DNA from: Octopus vulgaris
Taxonomy: Eukaryota
Length of the DNA stretch: 64,000 nt
Direction of reading: 5' to 3'
Assembly (NCBI GenBank): GCA_951406725.2
Contig: OX597815.1
Span: 33,418,001-33,482,000 of the forward strand
The first letter of the stretch is position 1. Every line of letters begins with the position of its first letter. Shown here in pieces: positions 11,901-27,593 of the stretch. Both the position numbers and the translations under genes were made by a program. The notes under the pieces are model-generated. The model did no database searches. It saw only the letters and a list, made by a program, of their open reading frames with translations, and was not told the DNA's origin.

Positions 11901-12387
11901 AGCTATCTCAAACGATATTGAGCTACACTGCAGAACTAGTTCTAGTTCTATTCTGATATCTTTTGTTCTTACAGTTGTCATTCTTGCTGTTACTTGCCAT
12001 TACACTTTCTCTACATTTCATTTCTTGTTTCTTTCTTTTTTCTATTTTTAAGGGTGAGGGGTACATTATTTTCTGTGATTTTCTTTCTTTTTTTTCCTTT
12101 TTTGGTGGGGTAGGGGCACTCTATTATTTTTGAACAAGATTTTCAGTCAAAATTTAGTGGATGTCTGCTATCAAGTCATATAATAATAAATTCAATTGTT
12201 CCTGTGACATATATACTGTCAGTTAATTGGAAAATTGACATTTCTACAAAAACAGCTTTCGAAAATAATTTGCTCTGTATCTATTTTAGTTGAAATCAAC
12301 TTGAAACTGGCTGTACGAATCCAGACATTCAGATACAACTGGAGAAAATATATAATATAGATAAAATTTAACAGAATTCCATACATT

Positions 12388-12480
<93 letters not shown>

Positions 12481-12634
12481 ATATATATATATATATAATA
12501 AATAAAGATTTTTTCCTGTATCATACTGACTCAAAGGACCAGTTTCCCATTTTCTGTGGTGCATATATCCCACCTTGGAAGGACGCCAGTCCATAAGCAG
12601 GATTACTCATTTTTGTCAGATGGGTGGACAGGAG

Positions 12635-12670
<36 letters not shown>

Positions 12671-12801
12671 TCATCATCATCATCATCATCGTTTAACGTC
12701 CGTTTTCCATGCTAGCATGGGTTGGACGGTTCGACCGGGGTCTGGGAAGCCAGGAGGCTGCACCAGGCTCCAGTCTGATGCAGCCTCCTGGCTTCAGACT
12801 G

Positions 12802-12883
<82 letters not shown>

Positions 12884-12991
12884 TGTTGTGTCTGGGGAGA
12901 GTCATTTTCTTGTGCCTTATAATGTAGCACACTCACCTGTAAAATTTCCACTTATCCCTTATTTTTATTTTCCTAAAATTTCCGTTGCATC

Positions 12992-13040
12992 TTGCAACCT
13001 TTTCAATAGTCTTGAGTCAAGACTACTGAAAAGGTTGCAA
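12992..13040. repeat. Near-perfect 49-bp palindrome adjoining a decayed HHR-like motif
   Basis: TTGCAACCTTTTCAATAGTCTTGA-G-TCAAGACTACTGAAAAGGTTGCAA. Confidence 0.85.
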
Positions 13041-13719
13041 TGTGGTTGTTGAGTGGTACCTGTACAAGCAGAAGAGACCACTCCAAAGACCTCCAATCTG
13101 GTGGGAAGATGATTTAAGGAAAATGTTTGAAGCAATGTGGAGGAGAGTGGCAAGAGCAGAGGGGAATGGAACAAATGTTGTAGCCAGTGGCGCTGACTTG
13201 GCACCAGATAGTCTGGCTGATCCATGTGACATATATATATCTCAATTGAAGTGTACAGTATTACATATCTATTACAGCCGATCTGTAACAGATATATAAT
13301 ACTGTATATAAAATACTGTACACTTCTGTTACACAGGTGACCAATGCAATGAATAGAGCAGGTGAGTGATAAGTGAGAGATTAATCAAGAGAGAAGGCAG
13401 TTGATGGTGGCATAACAGAAATAATGCAATTGGTTTGAAAGACTTAAATATAATTATACTTTACATTCTAGTATCTCCAAACTATTAATATTTTAACATT
13501 CATTTTCCACCAGTTTGCCTGATTAGGCACTGAACAACTTAAGTAAAACAATGCCTTTTCTATGTTTGGAATTTCTTCTCTAAATCTACAGATTCACCAA
13601 AAAGAAATAAATCATCAGCATATAGGAGTTCCCATTGACAACAGCCTTAAATTTTTCATCTATAGTCCAGGGGACAATAATAAATAAGTGGTAATTGAAA
13701 ACTCAGCAATGATGAACTC

Positions 13720-13946
13720 ATGGCAAGCTGGCATACACGTTAGCGTGCCGGGTGAAATGTTTAGCGGTATTTCATCTGTTGTTACGTTCTGAGTTCAAAT
13801 TCTGCCGAGGTCGACTTTGCCTTTCATCCTTTCGGGGTCGATAAATAAAGTACCAGTTTTGCAGGAGTCGATGTAATTGACTTAATCCCTTTGTCTGTCC
13901 TTGTTTGTCCCACCTATGTTTAGCCCCTTGTGGGCAATAAAGAAAT
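13720..13946 (+). mobile_element. tRNA-SINE family B
   Basis: GGCAAGCTGGCA...GTTAGC...GAGTTCAAATTCTGCCGAGGTCGACTTTGCCTTTCATCC; copies at 14174, 19988, 23590(-), 24230(-), 27342, 43603, 53440(-). Confidence 0.85.
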
Positions 13947-14094
13947 ATACATATTATATTAATTGTTAACTCTCACTTTGTTGACTTCACCTCTGTACAT
14001 GGCTTGCATGACACCCATGCTATTCATCTCTTCCTGGTTTCTTTGGAGACCACCAGATTACAGATCTTGGAAACCCATTAAAGACTTTCAAATG

Positions 14095-14680
14095 CTACGT
14101 ATAGGAGTATGTTCCTAAGTACTTCTCCTGAAGTTGTCTCACAAAGATGGTGTCAATACTACTTCTGGAGCAAGGTGGCAAGCTAGCAGAAGAGTTAGTA
14201 CCCTGGGCAAAATACCTAGTTGCATTTTGCCCATTTTTACATTCTGAGTGCAAGTTCCGCTGCAGTTGACTTTGTCTTTCATCCTTTCAGGGTCGATAAA
14301 ATAAGTACCAGTTGAGCACTGGAGTTCATGTAATTGACTAAACTCCGATCCTGAAACTGCTGGCCTTGTGTAAAAATTTGAAACCAATATTACTTCTGGA
14401 ACAAAACCAAACTGAATCTTGTCTATGCTGATTATGTACTCATTCAATTATGCTATAACTCTTTCTGCAACTGTTAAAACCTGGTTCATCAATTTGATGC
14501 CTCTAATGTTGCCTCTCTCTAATGCAGCTCCTTTACTCCCGTAGCAGCTGACAATGGTACTACTACTCCAGTCACTGAGTATCACACCTTTCTATAACAT
14601 GAGATGAACTATGTGAGTGACTAGCATGTGCCTTATCTCATTGAATATTTTGGGTATCCTGAGCTGTTTTCTCTGCCTTC
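14095..14680 (-). mobile_element. RTE LINE reverse-transcriptase fragment split by a SINE B (14174-14385)
   Basis: Translates to ...RGIKLMNQVL...IDKIQFGFVP|...IFVRQLQEKYLG; duplicated AATA(C/T)TACTTCTGGA flanks the SINE as a TSD. Confidence 0.7.
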
Positions 14681-14799
14681 ATATTCTTAATTGTGTCTAT
14701 GCCTACTACGTATTTCTTCTTTCTTTCATTTGTGTTTTGTTTCTGCATCTAGTTTGTAAGTATGTTATCTAATTTTTTAGTTCCATGATTCAATTAGTT

Positions 14800-15095
14800 T
14801 TTTCTCTTCATTGTGGCTTCAGGGCTTTCTTTTCTAAATTGAAATTTATGCTGATAATCCAATTGAACCAGTGCCCCATATATAACAGGATATCCAGTTG
14901 TTTGTTATCTGAAGCATAATACTTGAGGTCATCTATATACAGGATATGCTTGATTATCACCCCACAGAACATCTATCTACATCCAATCTGGTTAATCATG
15001 TTGATTAAACAGGTCAGTGCCACAGATAAAAAAAAAACGATGAAGAGAAATAGTTCTTTTGGAATATTCCATTTTTATTAGGTAGCATTTCCATT
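14800..15095 (-). mobile_element. Decayed non-LTR RT fragment (R4/Dong-like)
   Basis: Translates to IKNGIFQ...KHILYIDDLKYYAS with a frameshift and a stop. Confidence 0.6.
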
Positions 15096-18000
15096 TCTAT
15101 TAATTTCTTCTTTTGTTTTGGATTTGCACAACTGTCTTCTTTTTATTAATGGAATGTTTGATGTTACTTCACTCATGAATAATGTTTCTTTAGCCCATTC
15201 ATAACTCTATCCCTGATGAAACTCAAATTGTTTGAATTTCTATCAATTTTGAAAATAATCAAGAATCCAGAGGATTGAGACAACTATTTTTTTTTCCATT
15301 ATTAAACTTAATATTTCAAATATAACTTAATGAAAGGATCTTAAAGAATATATGATGGAAAGTTTTGCTTTGAAGTTCATGTCAACATTTGAAAATTGGC
15401 AGTTTTGTATCACAAAACCAGAAACAGCCTCAGATATCATAAAGAATTATAGGATGTATTATGATATCCTTCTATAATAACATTGTTTTATGCTTCAACC
15501 CTTCTGTCTCCTAAAATCTTCAGTTATGGTTTTGTTGATCAATAACAGATCCCTACATCTGGATGAGCTTTTGCAGTATACTTTCTATACATCTCAAAAT
15601 GTGTTGGGATTTTTCAGCTGAGTACTTATTTTTATGTAAACATGTTGCATTCATACAAACATATGAACACAAACCACATGTCAAAAAGACCTGGTGACTT
15701 CTAAACTCATGTCAATTTATTATTAGTCACCAGTGTTTATTCTGCTTCAAAGAGAAGACTCAGACGAAGTTTAATGAGCACATACACACACACACATTAA
15801 GGTAAGGAGAAAAAGTCAATATATGTAGCAGATTTATATTTAGTTGTTCAAAGGTGATGATTCATTGTGTCACTACTCAGGATTTCTCACAGTGTGCAAT
15901 CCTTCAGACAGTAAAAATGGCCAAATGTGACTAGAAACTCTGTCGTAACAGAGTGAATCATGAGCTTTGAATGAAGAATGAATAAAGTATGTGTGTGTGT
16001 GTGCACGTGCGCATGTGCACGCAGATGTGAGATCATCATCATTGTCCACTTTTCCATGTTTACATTGTCAAATGAAAAACACATGTATTTAGTTTTTCCC
16101 CTCTTTTTATTTCAATTAACCTTTCTAAACTATAATGTGTTAGTTAACTCATCCATGAACATTCTGATACCAAATTCCCAAGAACAGCAAAAACAGTTTA
16201 TTTCTAAGGTATTACAATTCTTATCCTGATACTTAGATACTACTTTAATATATTTTGCATTTGGGACAACAGACAAGCAATCTCCAGTGTCAAATGTTAG
16301 TTAATATAGGATTGTATACCTGAATTTTTCTTTTCCTATTTTGACTCAAATTCATATTTAATTTATCAGCTCTTAACAGATAAGAAACTGAAAGTCAACT
16401 AAGAACTCTAAAATTGACAATTAAAACTGATTTGTAACATTTAAACTGAGAAACACAAAATCTTGTGGTATGTTATATTATCATCAATGTTATTTTCAAT
16501 CCTAGTTTTTATTAGATAGATATTCAGTATCATGTGTTCCAATGCATCTCACTCTGAGTTATTGCACCTTTGAGATGCAGATGTTTTAGGCTTGATTAGC
16601 AACTATTTCTTTTTTATAAGTCTATGTAACCTACTGCACCAAAGGAGTCTTCCATCCATGTCACTTTTCATCTACCTTATAACATCCGTTCACATCACAA
16701 GTCCATAACTCCTACATAAGTATAACTCCTACATAAGCATCAACCAATACCTTTAATATCAAATTATTGCTAACACTACATAGTCATACTTAACGCATTC
16801 ATTTTTAATTCCAAACAAATTCTGTAATTGTTGGGTGGTACTGTCTTCATGTATAGACAAACTTTAATACAGAGAGAGTTGGGAGAATCCTTTAGCACTT
16901 ACACATAAATACTACCTATCATTTTATTACAATCTCCACCTCCATCACTAGCTTGCAGCACTTATCTGTTATTTCAGAGAACATTCTAAACAACCGTCAT
17001 TTGAATACGATGGCTATTCCTGCTGTTTGTTATGCCAATGCATTTACTTAAAATAATTCTTGCTTTTCTGTCATTTTGATGGATATTCTACAGCAACTTT
17101 GTGTATCTGTTGTTTATTGGCTACAGAATTCATAGCTTCTGTCTACTTCTACCAATTCCTTCCAAGCCTACTGCATAAGTTACTTTTCTGATGATTTTTT
17201 TTTTAAGTGTGCTCATAATTAATACCTTTGTTTTGGTCTTGTTTCCCATTAAACCTTTCAATATAAGCTTACAGATCCAAGTCTGAAACTTTAGAAATTT
17301 TCCTACAGTTTCTCCATTGAAAATCAGATTGTTGGAATATGTAGGTTCTCAATAGCCTCTATTCTGGGTAGATGCCATTTTAATATTTAAACAAAATCCA
17401 ATAATTATCACCCAAACACAATATAGAGAAAACATGCTTAAATATTCTGTTAACAGTTAAAGTAAATTAAATTTTGAAGCCTTCTAATGGGAATCAGCAT
17501 ATTAATATTGATATATCAATTCAAAAAGTTTCACATACATAATGTTGAACAAAAGGTCAAATGGCATTAGAGACATTATTGCAATCAAGGACCTAAAAGA
17601 TTTAATATTATAATCCACAGTGAATACAGAAATCCTATTTGATATATGAGAAAATAAAACTAAAATGCAATACACTATTAAATACCCATATTTTATTATA
17701 ATTGTGTTAAAAAAAAGAGTGACATTGATCATGACATATTGTGACCTTTCAGTTGAAATTAAGATCAGGGGTACATTTATTATGAAAATTATAAATACAG
17801 GACTTGAGATGTTGGAGGTTAATGGTTGCGAAATAAGAACAGCTGCAGATGCTTACCTGTGGCAGCTAGAAAAGGATGAATCAAACAAGATATATCAGGT
17901 ATTTGATAGGAAGTTGAGAGACTTAATATAAATGAACATATAACATCTTGGCGCATGAGAAACAGTAACTGAACTGTTTGCACTTGTATGTATGCTGGTG

Positions 18001-18292
18001 ATTGATGACGGGATCTTGGTGAAGATATGCATCTGTGATAATGATGATAAATGATGGCTGAGCTATTTATATCAGATCTTGGAAAGAAACGTGTTATTGT
18101 TGATTCACTTAGTGATATAAATCCTTCAGTATCAGTGTATTACAACATCATAATTGTAGGCAAGCTAGTGTTAACATATTTAATGCATGGAGAATTAAAC
18201 AGCTTACTAGAAATAAATGTATAGTGAGGCAAAAACAGTATTAGTCAATGACTAATATTGCTTCCATTTTAGTGGGCAAGTATGGCAGACAA

Positions 18293-18334
18293 CTCCAGAC
18301 ATGTTTCTATTTTATTATGGCTTCATCAGTGAAG
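18293..18334 (-). ncRNA. Minimal hammerhead motif with decayed helix II
   Basis: Minus strand CTTCA-CTGATGA-AGCCATAATAAAATA-GAAA-CATG-TC-TGGAG: helix I CUUCA/UGGAG, palindromic ACAUGU, GUC triplet. Confidence 0.6.
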
Positions 18335-19409
18335 CATACTCAAGTACTGATGAAAGAATCACAAAGTAAATCAATGTAAAAGATTGTATGGTTATTGAAG
18401 TAGGAAATTAGAATTGCTTAGAAATTAATACATAGATGTCAACTGCATGAAAATCAGTACATTAGGGTTAACATATAATATGCAGAGAACATTCTTTTTT
18501 GTCACACTAAAATTAATTCTGGTTAGCTTTTTAACCTTACATGCATTAAATACATAAATATTAACTTACCTATAGTTGTACTGTTGCAACCAATTAATAA
18601 AACAAAACAAATATCTAATCATTCAAATTAAGTTTGAAATATCAATAATAGAGAGTTGTAAGTTTGAAAAGTCTAATTGGTAATCATCACTAATAATTAA
18701 ACTTTTGAAATACGAAGCAAAAAAAATGTGAGCAGCACCCATCCAGTGTTACAGGCCTTTCATCCTGTTACATATGCTTACATTCTTTGTTGACATTATG
18801 AGCAGTTGTTCAGTACTTTTACAGGCTTATAAAATGAAAAAGATCTTTTACTTGAAAAACATGTAATGGTTAGCAACAAGAAAAGCAACCAGCCATAAAA
18901 TTCTGCCTCAGATAAGTCCTTAACCATCCCATGATAGCATGAAAATATGGATGTTTGCATGAACAAAAAGACATTACTTTCTTTGATTACTTATTTATCA
19001 TATTAAGTAAGTTAGTAAATCTCTTGCTGGTGACCAGAGTAGGAAGCTGTCCTCTCGACCAATATGCTGATGTGGGTGCCACTGGATGATAGATTCTGGT
19101 GATGATGTTATTTCATGCTTATAGCACTGACCTTGGCATGCTGGAGGTCAAAGCGCTGTAACTTCAGGTTTTCCTCAATTTGTTTCATCCATGTTTTCTT
19201 TGATATGCTACATTGGATACTCCATATTTAAAGCACAGTAACTTAGGTCAGAACCTTGATTTATTTTATTTATTTTCTTTTTATTTATATTCATCCAACA
19301 CTTCTTGGATAGAAGAGAATAAAAGAAGTGGGTGTATAAATTACATCGTTAATTTACGAAACATTAGTTCGACCATAATCCACAAATTTCTCAAACCTTT
19401 TCCACAGAT

Positions 19410-19785
19410 GCAGGCATGGCTATGGGGTTAAGAAGCTTACTTTGCAACCACATGGGTTCGGTTCCACTGTGCAGCACCTTCGTTTTCCACTATAACCCCA
19501 GGTCAACCAATGCCTAGTGATTAAATTTAGTAGACAATGTGTGGAAGCTCATTGTATATGTGTATGTGTGTATGTGTGTGTGCGTGTGCATACGTGTGCA
19601 TGTGTGCCTTTGTGTCTATGATTATCATATCACCACCATGTGCCTGTAACTTAGTGATTCAGCATAAAGACTTGTAGAATAAATACTAAACCTAAAAAAA
19701 TAAGTATTGGAGTGAAATTGATTGCTTAAAACCCTTCAGGGTGGTACCTCAGCATAACCACAATCTAATGACTGAAACAAGTGAA
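19410..19785 (+). mobile_element. SINE family A, diverged
   Basis: Similarity to family A. Confidence 0.75.
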
Positions 19786-21584
19786 CTATAAAAGAAATAT
19801 TGTTAACATAACCCTCTTAAAGAATGAGGTTTAAGGAATTACTGATTACTTTGTTGAACATGAACTGAGAGAAATTTCAGCCCTATCAAAGCCTTTTACT
19901 TCTTAGCATCCAGATTACTCTGTCAAATTGTAATGCTTATTTATTCACATTTTTTAATTAATCCCACATTAACTTGTAGCTATGAAAGTGGTAAGTTGGC
20001 AGAAACGTTAACATGCCAGGCGAAATGCTTAGCAGTATTTTGTCTGTCTTTATGTTCTGAGTTCAAATTCTACCGAAGTCAACTTTGCTTTTCATCCTTT
20101 AGGGGGTCAATAAATTAAGTATCAGTTGCGTAGGATCGATCTAATCAACTGACCCCCTTCCCAAAGATTGTGGGCCTTGTGCCTAGAGTAGAAATGATTA
20201 TCTTGTAGCTATGAGATTTTGATGAGGTAACTGTTAATTTTGTAGAATGACATTGTAAGGGTAGAGAAAATCAGGCCAGTTTGAACTCAAAATAGATAAC
20301 ATGTTTTGGCCAGATACGGATGATTAAAATGCTAAATGGTTAAACAGCATTAGATCGATTCTAATGAGGATTCATAATTTTCTGTAGTTGTTCTTTTACT
20401 TTTCTTATTATTTAATTGTTTCCTAACTTATCTCAAAATTAGGGGAAAGATAATTTTATAGGAAGCTTTACAACAATAAATTGAAGAAGGAAGATTGGGC
20501 ATTTGTGTTATCTGGTTTCATTCCACACAGGTGTGGTGTGTTGTGTGTGTGTGTGTGTGTGTGATAGAAAGAGGGAGAGAGAGAGAGGAGAGAGTAGAAT
20601 TGTAGGAGAAGCTAACAAAGAGAAGGAAATAAGTTAGAAGGACAGATAATTAAAAAGAAAGAAAAAGAAGTAGTGGGGAGGGGACTAGCAGAATGTAGTA
20701 ACTATACCTGGAAATCTTTATATCTTCATATTATATCTGACCTTCACCATGTTGAGATACTGCAGGGTTTTGGTGCTAGCCAACAGAATGGCACCCTATC
20801 GAAATTAGGAACTGACTATAAATTATCATATGGTCACAAAGATAAAATAAAGGTTAAAACATTATTAGGTGCCTCCATAGACATGAATCAAGACTATCCA
20901 GACACAAAATGTTATATATGATAAGGAAAAACAATAAGAAATCAGGTGAAGCAGGTGAATAATCTACTTGAAAGACTTGGACAAGGAAGCCAATGATAGT
21001 GACTAGTGAGTGGGGAAGAAAGAGAGAGAGAGAGAGAGAGAGAGTTGTAGTTGCTAGGAAGAAAACTGTATAATAAAGCAATTTAAGTAAATTGTTATGC
21101 AGAAAGTATGTGGTGACCTATCATGTATATATGTGTGTGTGGATGTGTGTGCGTGTGTGTGTGAATCTGGGTTCGTTACCCCCCCCACACACACACACAC
21201 TGCTTAATTGACAACCTGTATCAGTTTGTTTACATCTGCCATAACTTGGTACTGCTCCATATGGCCACAGTTCAATGGCTGAAACAAGTAGGAGGTAAAA
21301 ACAAATAAAGAAAAAATAGAGATAAAGAAAGAAAGAACTATGCACCAGGGGCCATTTAGTGTTCCCCTCAGAAAATTTTTAAGATAAGCAAACTTACTCT
21401 TGGCATGATTATAAGTGATTACAAGCTTGAAGTTCTGGAACAACCAAGCACCATCAAGTTATAAACCAATGCAAAAATTCACACCTCCAGCAATGCAATG
21501 CTATTTTCTTGTATTGACTATCAGTAGCTCTGTCACTATGTTTGAGATAGTAAATACATATCCACCTAGTGTCTAACTCCCATT

Positions 21585-21797
21585 TTTTTTTTTACCATAT
21601 TTCCATTGAAATACATTACTTTTATTCCAGTTTATTTGGAAAATAATGAAGAATTTCATAAAATACCTCTTTCATGTTTGGAACATAAATTAACACAAAA
21701 TCTTGATGACAGGGTTTGATATAGATAACTTTAAAATAGAAAGTTTTTATCATAAAACCAGGAGCAGTTCCATTGGATTTGGTATCAAAAGAGTTAA
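21585..21797 (+). mobile_element. piggyBac-like MITE
   Basis: Ends ...GGTATCAAAAGAGTTAA; homologous to 28181-28407. Confidence 0.5.
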
Positions 21798-23804
21798 AGA
21801 AAAACAATTCATTGTGGGTGCAAAACCAAAAGGAGTTTTGTTAACTGTCAGAAGCAAAGGGTTGATTCCAGTTTTTATTACAAAAATGGTAGCAAAAATT
21901 TCTTGAAGGAGAAATTTAAAAGAAGTTTAAAAGAAGGCTCAGAGATAGGTTATTTACAATCTAAAATGTTTCGATGGATAGGATTCAGCCACATTCTGAT
22001 AGTATAAAACTAATTGCATTTTTATTGAATAATTTTGTACTTACTGACTGTGGCAATTAAAAATCTGTTGACCTTATCATTTCTGCAACTCTAGAAATTC
22101 CACTCCTGCCTCTTTGTAACAAGACAAGTGACTGCTGTCTTGAAATAAGTTTTTCCACTTGTTAGTTGTTAGCAATATTTGTACATGCAAAGTGTATGAG
22201 GAGATGAACAGATATGGAAATCAGATTGGCAGCTTATGAGTAATGAGTTCAAATCTGCTACAGTTGCGTCAATGTTTCTAAGAAAATTATCTTATTTTAC
22301 TTCATTTTTGTATCTGGCTTGCAAGATTCTTTATGTGAATTCATGTGTTGAAACAAATTTTGTAGTATCTGGGGAGAGTCATACTGCCTTATTATCTAAC
22401 ACACCCACTGGTTCAATTTCCACTCATTTATCATTCTTTTTTGTGTTAGATACCTTATTTTACTTTCCCCAGTATATCTAGTAATGAAGAATAGACACCT
22501 GATACTTCTTGGACAGTTACCAACAATAGATCACCACCCTATATAGAAACAAATCAATTTTACATTTATTCTATTCTATAGAAACAAGAGTCAAGCCTAA
22601 GTGCTAGGATTTTTGTGATTTCTAAATAGTTTTACAGGTATATTGATTTCTAATATAGATAGTGATCAGAATGGTCATCCATACATACAGGCTTGTCCTT
22701 TACAGGTAAATGCACCCATGCCAGTGGCATGTAAAAAGCATGCAGCACACTGTGTGGAATGATTGGTGTTGAGAAGGGCATCCAGCAATAGAAACCATGT
22801 CACAACAGACAATTGGAGTCCAGATAGCTCCCTAGCTGGCCAGCTCCTGTCAAACCATCCAACCCATGCTGGTATGGAAAATAGATGTTAAAAAATGATG
22901 ATGATGATGATGATGATGATGATCAGAAGTACATCTCCTAGTGAAACAATGTAAGTATAAATGGGTATATTGACAAAAGAAGGGTTGTTGTTGTTAAACA
23001 ACAAGACGGGTAAGGGTGATTAGGTGATGGTCTAGGACTTGGGGGCGGGAGATCCCAGACCTTGGAAAAAAAAAAACTTTGGTCATCTTGTTGTAGTTGA
23101 GGGCTCTTTGTTGATGCCCGACACCACTGGGAGGTGGCTATCGAAGTTGCTGGAAAAGGAGATCTCCAGGTCCAAATTCTTGAACGGCTGCTGCTGCTAC
23201 TGTTGTTGTTGCTGCAGCAGGTGTTCTTTAACTCCAGGTCAGCCCCAATCAAGCAGGGTTATGACAAAGGTTTTGCAGCCATGACCTTACTAAATTTTAT
23301 TCAGATATGCGTTTTGTATTACATTATGCAATGTGTCTCTCTCATTTAAGATAATAACGTGTAATGCAGGGAAATTTGGTTGGTTTTAAAGATCACATAC
23401 AAGTTTTAACTGTTTGAGATGGTAATGTTTTTTTCCAGAATGGTACTGCAATTTTTTTTGATTTCTCAAATAGAATTTCTTTTGACTAAAGTAACCAATA
23501 CCTTTGGTTTTGCTAGTCTTAAAGGTTTTGTGAAGACAATGAACACAGCTTCTTCATCCTGACCAGACCAATAATATTAATAATAATAATTCTTTCACCT
23601 AAAGGCACAAGGCCTGAAATTCGGGGGAGGGGGTAAGTCAATTACATCGACCCCAGTGCTCCACAGGTACATATTTCATTGAACCCCAAAAGGATGAAAA
23701 GCAAAGTCGACCTCAGCAGAATTTGAACTCAGAATATAAGGACAGACCAAATGCTGCTAAGCATTTTGCCTGGCATGCTAACAATTCTGCCAGCTTGCAG
23801 CCTA

Positions 23805-23876
<72 letters not shown>

Positions 23877-23877
23877 T

Positions 23878-24163
23878 AATTCTTTTATTGGCCACAAGGG
23901 CTGACAAAAATTAATTATAACAAAAAAGGGACAAAACAGGACAAATGGTTACAAAGGGTTTTGTCCATTTTTAAAAAAACCATGGAAAAACAGTGTAACA
24001 ATCGAAATTATAACAACGAAAACTCCCAATAGGGGGAGGCGTTATGAAAGGTTTCTGGTGGAAAAAACCCATAAAAGCCAATGGGAACCTGGTCAAAAGT
24101 AGAGAGCCCCTTTCTCCTTTTATATTACCTTTTAAATCACAGGTGCAACCTCAGAATGGCTCC

Positions 24164-24165
<2 letters not shown>
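23878..24165 (-). mobile_element. 5'-truncated LINE 3' end inside an (AAT)n array
   Basis: Minus-strand end CCCTTGTGGCCAATAAAAGAA-(TTA)n; (AAT)n on both sides; same terminus as the SINE B copy at 13924-13945. Confidence 0.55.
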
Positions 24166-24214
<49 letters not shown>

Positions 24215-24323
24215 TGACAATAATCATCCTTTCTATTATAGGCACAAGGCCTGAAATCTTTGTGTTGCGGAGGCTAGTCAATTACATCATTCCAAATGTT
24301 CAAACGGTACTTATTGTATCAAC

Positions 24324-24517
24324 CATGCTTCCTGAGATTCACCAACACTACACCTGATTTTCTCCCCTCCATACACACGCTAGCATGTATCTGACTCATA
24401 CACTGTTCACTTCCCAGACTTGTACATTACTGCATATGCTTTATATGCACTTTCGACAAGTTGTGGTGCACCTGAGCACTGTATACAATAATTTCATTTT
24501 TGTATTATCATATTATA
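24324..24517 (+). mobile_element. LINE (CR1/L2-like) 3' end inserted into a SINE B
   Basis: Ends GAGCACTGTATACAATAA...(TAT)n and interrupts a minus-strand SINE B. Confidence 0.5.
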
Positions 24518-24940
24518 ACCCTGAAGGGATGAAAGGCAAAGTCAACCTCATTGAAATTTGAATTCATAATGTATTCTCAAAAGAAATACTAGCACGCATT
24601 TTGTTTGGCATGCTAATAGTTTTGCCAGTTCGTTCATATAATGATTTGTGCTAGCTAATCAGACAGCTCCAGCTGGGTATAGTTACTACTAAATATAGTA
24701 GAAAATAGACAAGTAAAGAAAATATAGGCGCAAGCATGGCTGTGTGGTAAGAAGCTTGCTTCCCAACCACATGGTTCCGGGTTCAGTTCATTACGTTACA
24801 CCTTGGGCAAGTGACTTCTACTATAGCGTCAGGCTGACCAAAGCCTTGTGAATGGATTTGGTAGTCAGAAACTAAAAGAAGCCCCTCATATTATCATCAT
24901 CATCGTTTAACGTCCGTTTTTTACCTGTGCTAGCACGGAA

Positions 24941-27362
<2,422 letters not shown>

Positions 27363-27432
27363 AGCACAAATGCTAAGTGGCGTTTTAAAGTTTGCAAATT
27401 TATCATGTTTTTAGTATATATTATAACAATAT

Positions 27433-27593
27433 GACAAAATTTATTATTTTTACTCTCAACCGAAGTAAGGCCCTATATCTTCACTAACTCCTCCTGGTCC
27501 AATAGAAAAAAAAATTGACCTTATTGGACCAGGAGGAGGTAGTGAGGTTATAGGGCCTTACTTCGGTTGAGAGTAAAAATGATAAATTTTGTC
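27433..27593. repeat. Hairpin/MITE-like fold-back (72-bp arms, 17-nt loop) inside a SINE B
   Basis: GACAAAATTTATTATTTTTACTCTCAACCGAAGTAAGGCCCTATA...CCAATA / TATTGG...TATAGGGCCTTACTTCGGTTGAGAGTAAAAATGATAAATTTTGTC. Confidence 0.9.

Noticed and set aside
15212-15246. CTGATGA motif
   Set aside because: Sequestered in a simple hairpin with no correctly placed GAAA/NUH
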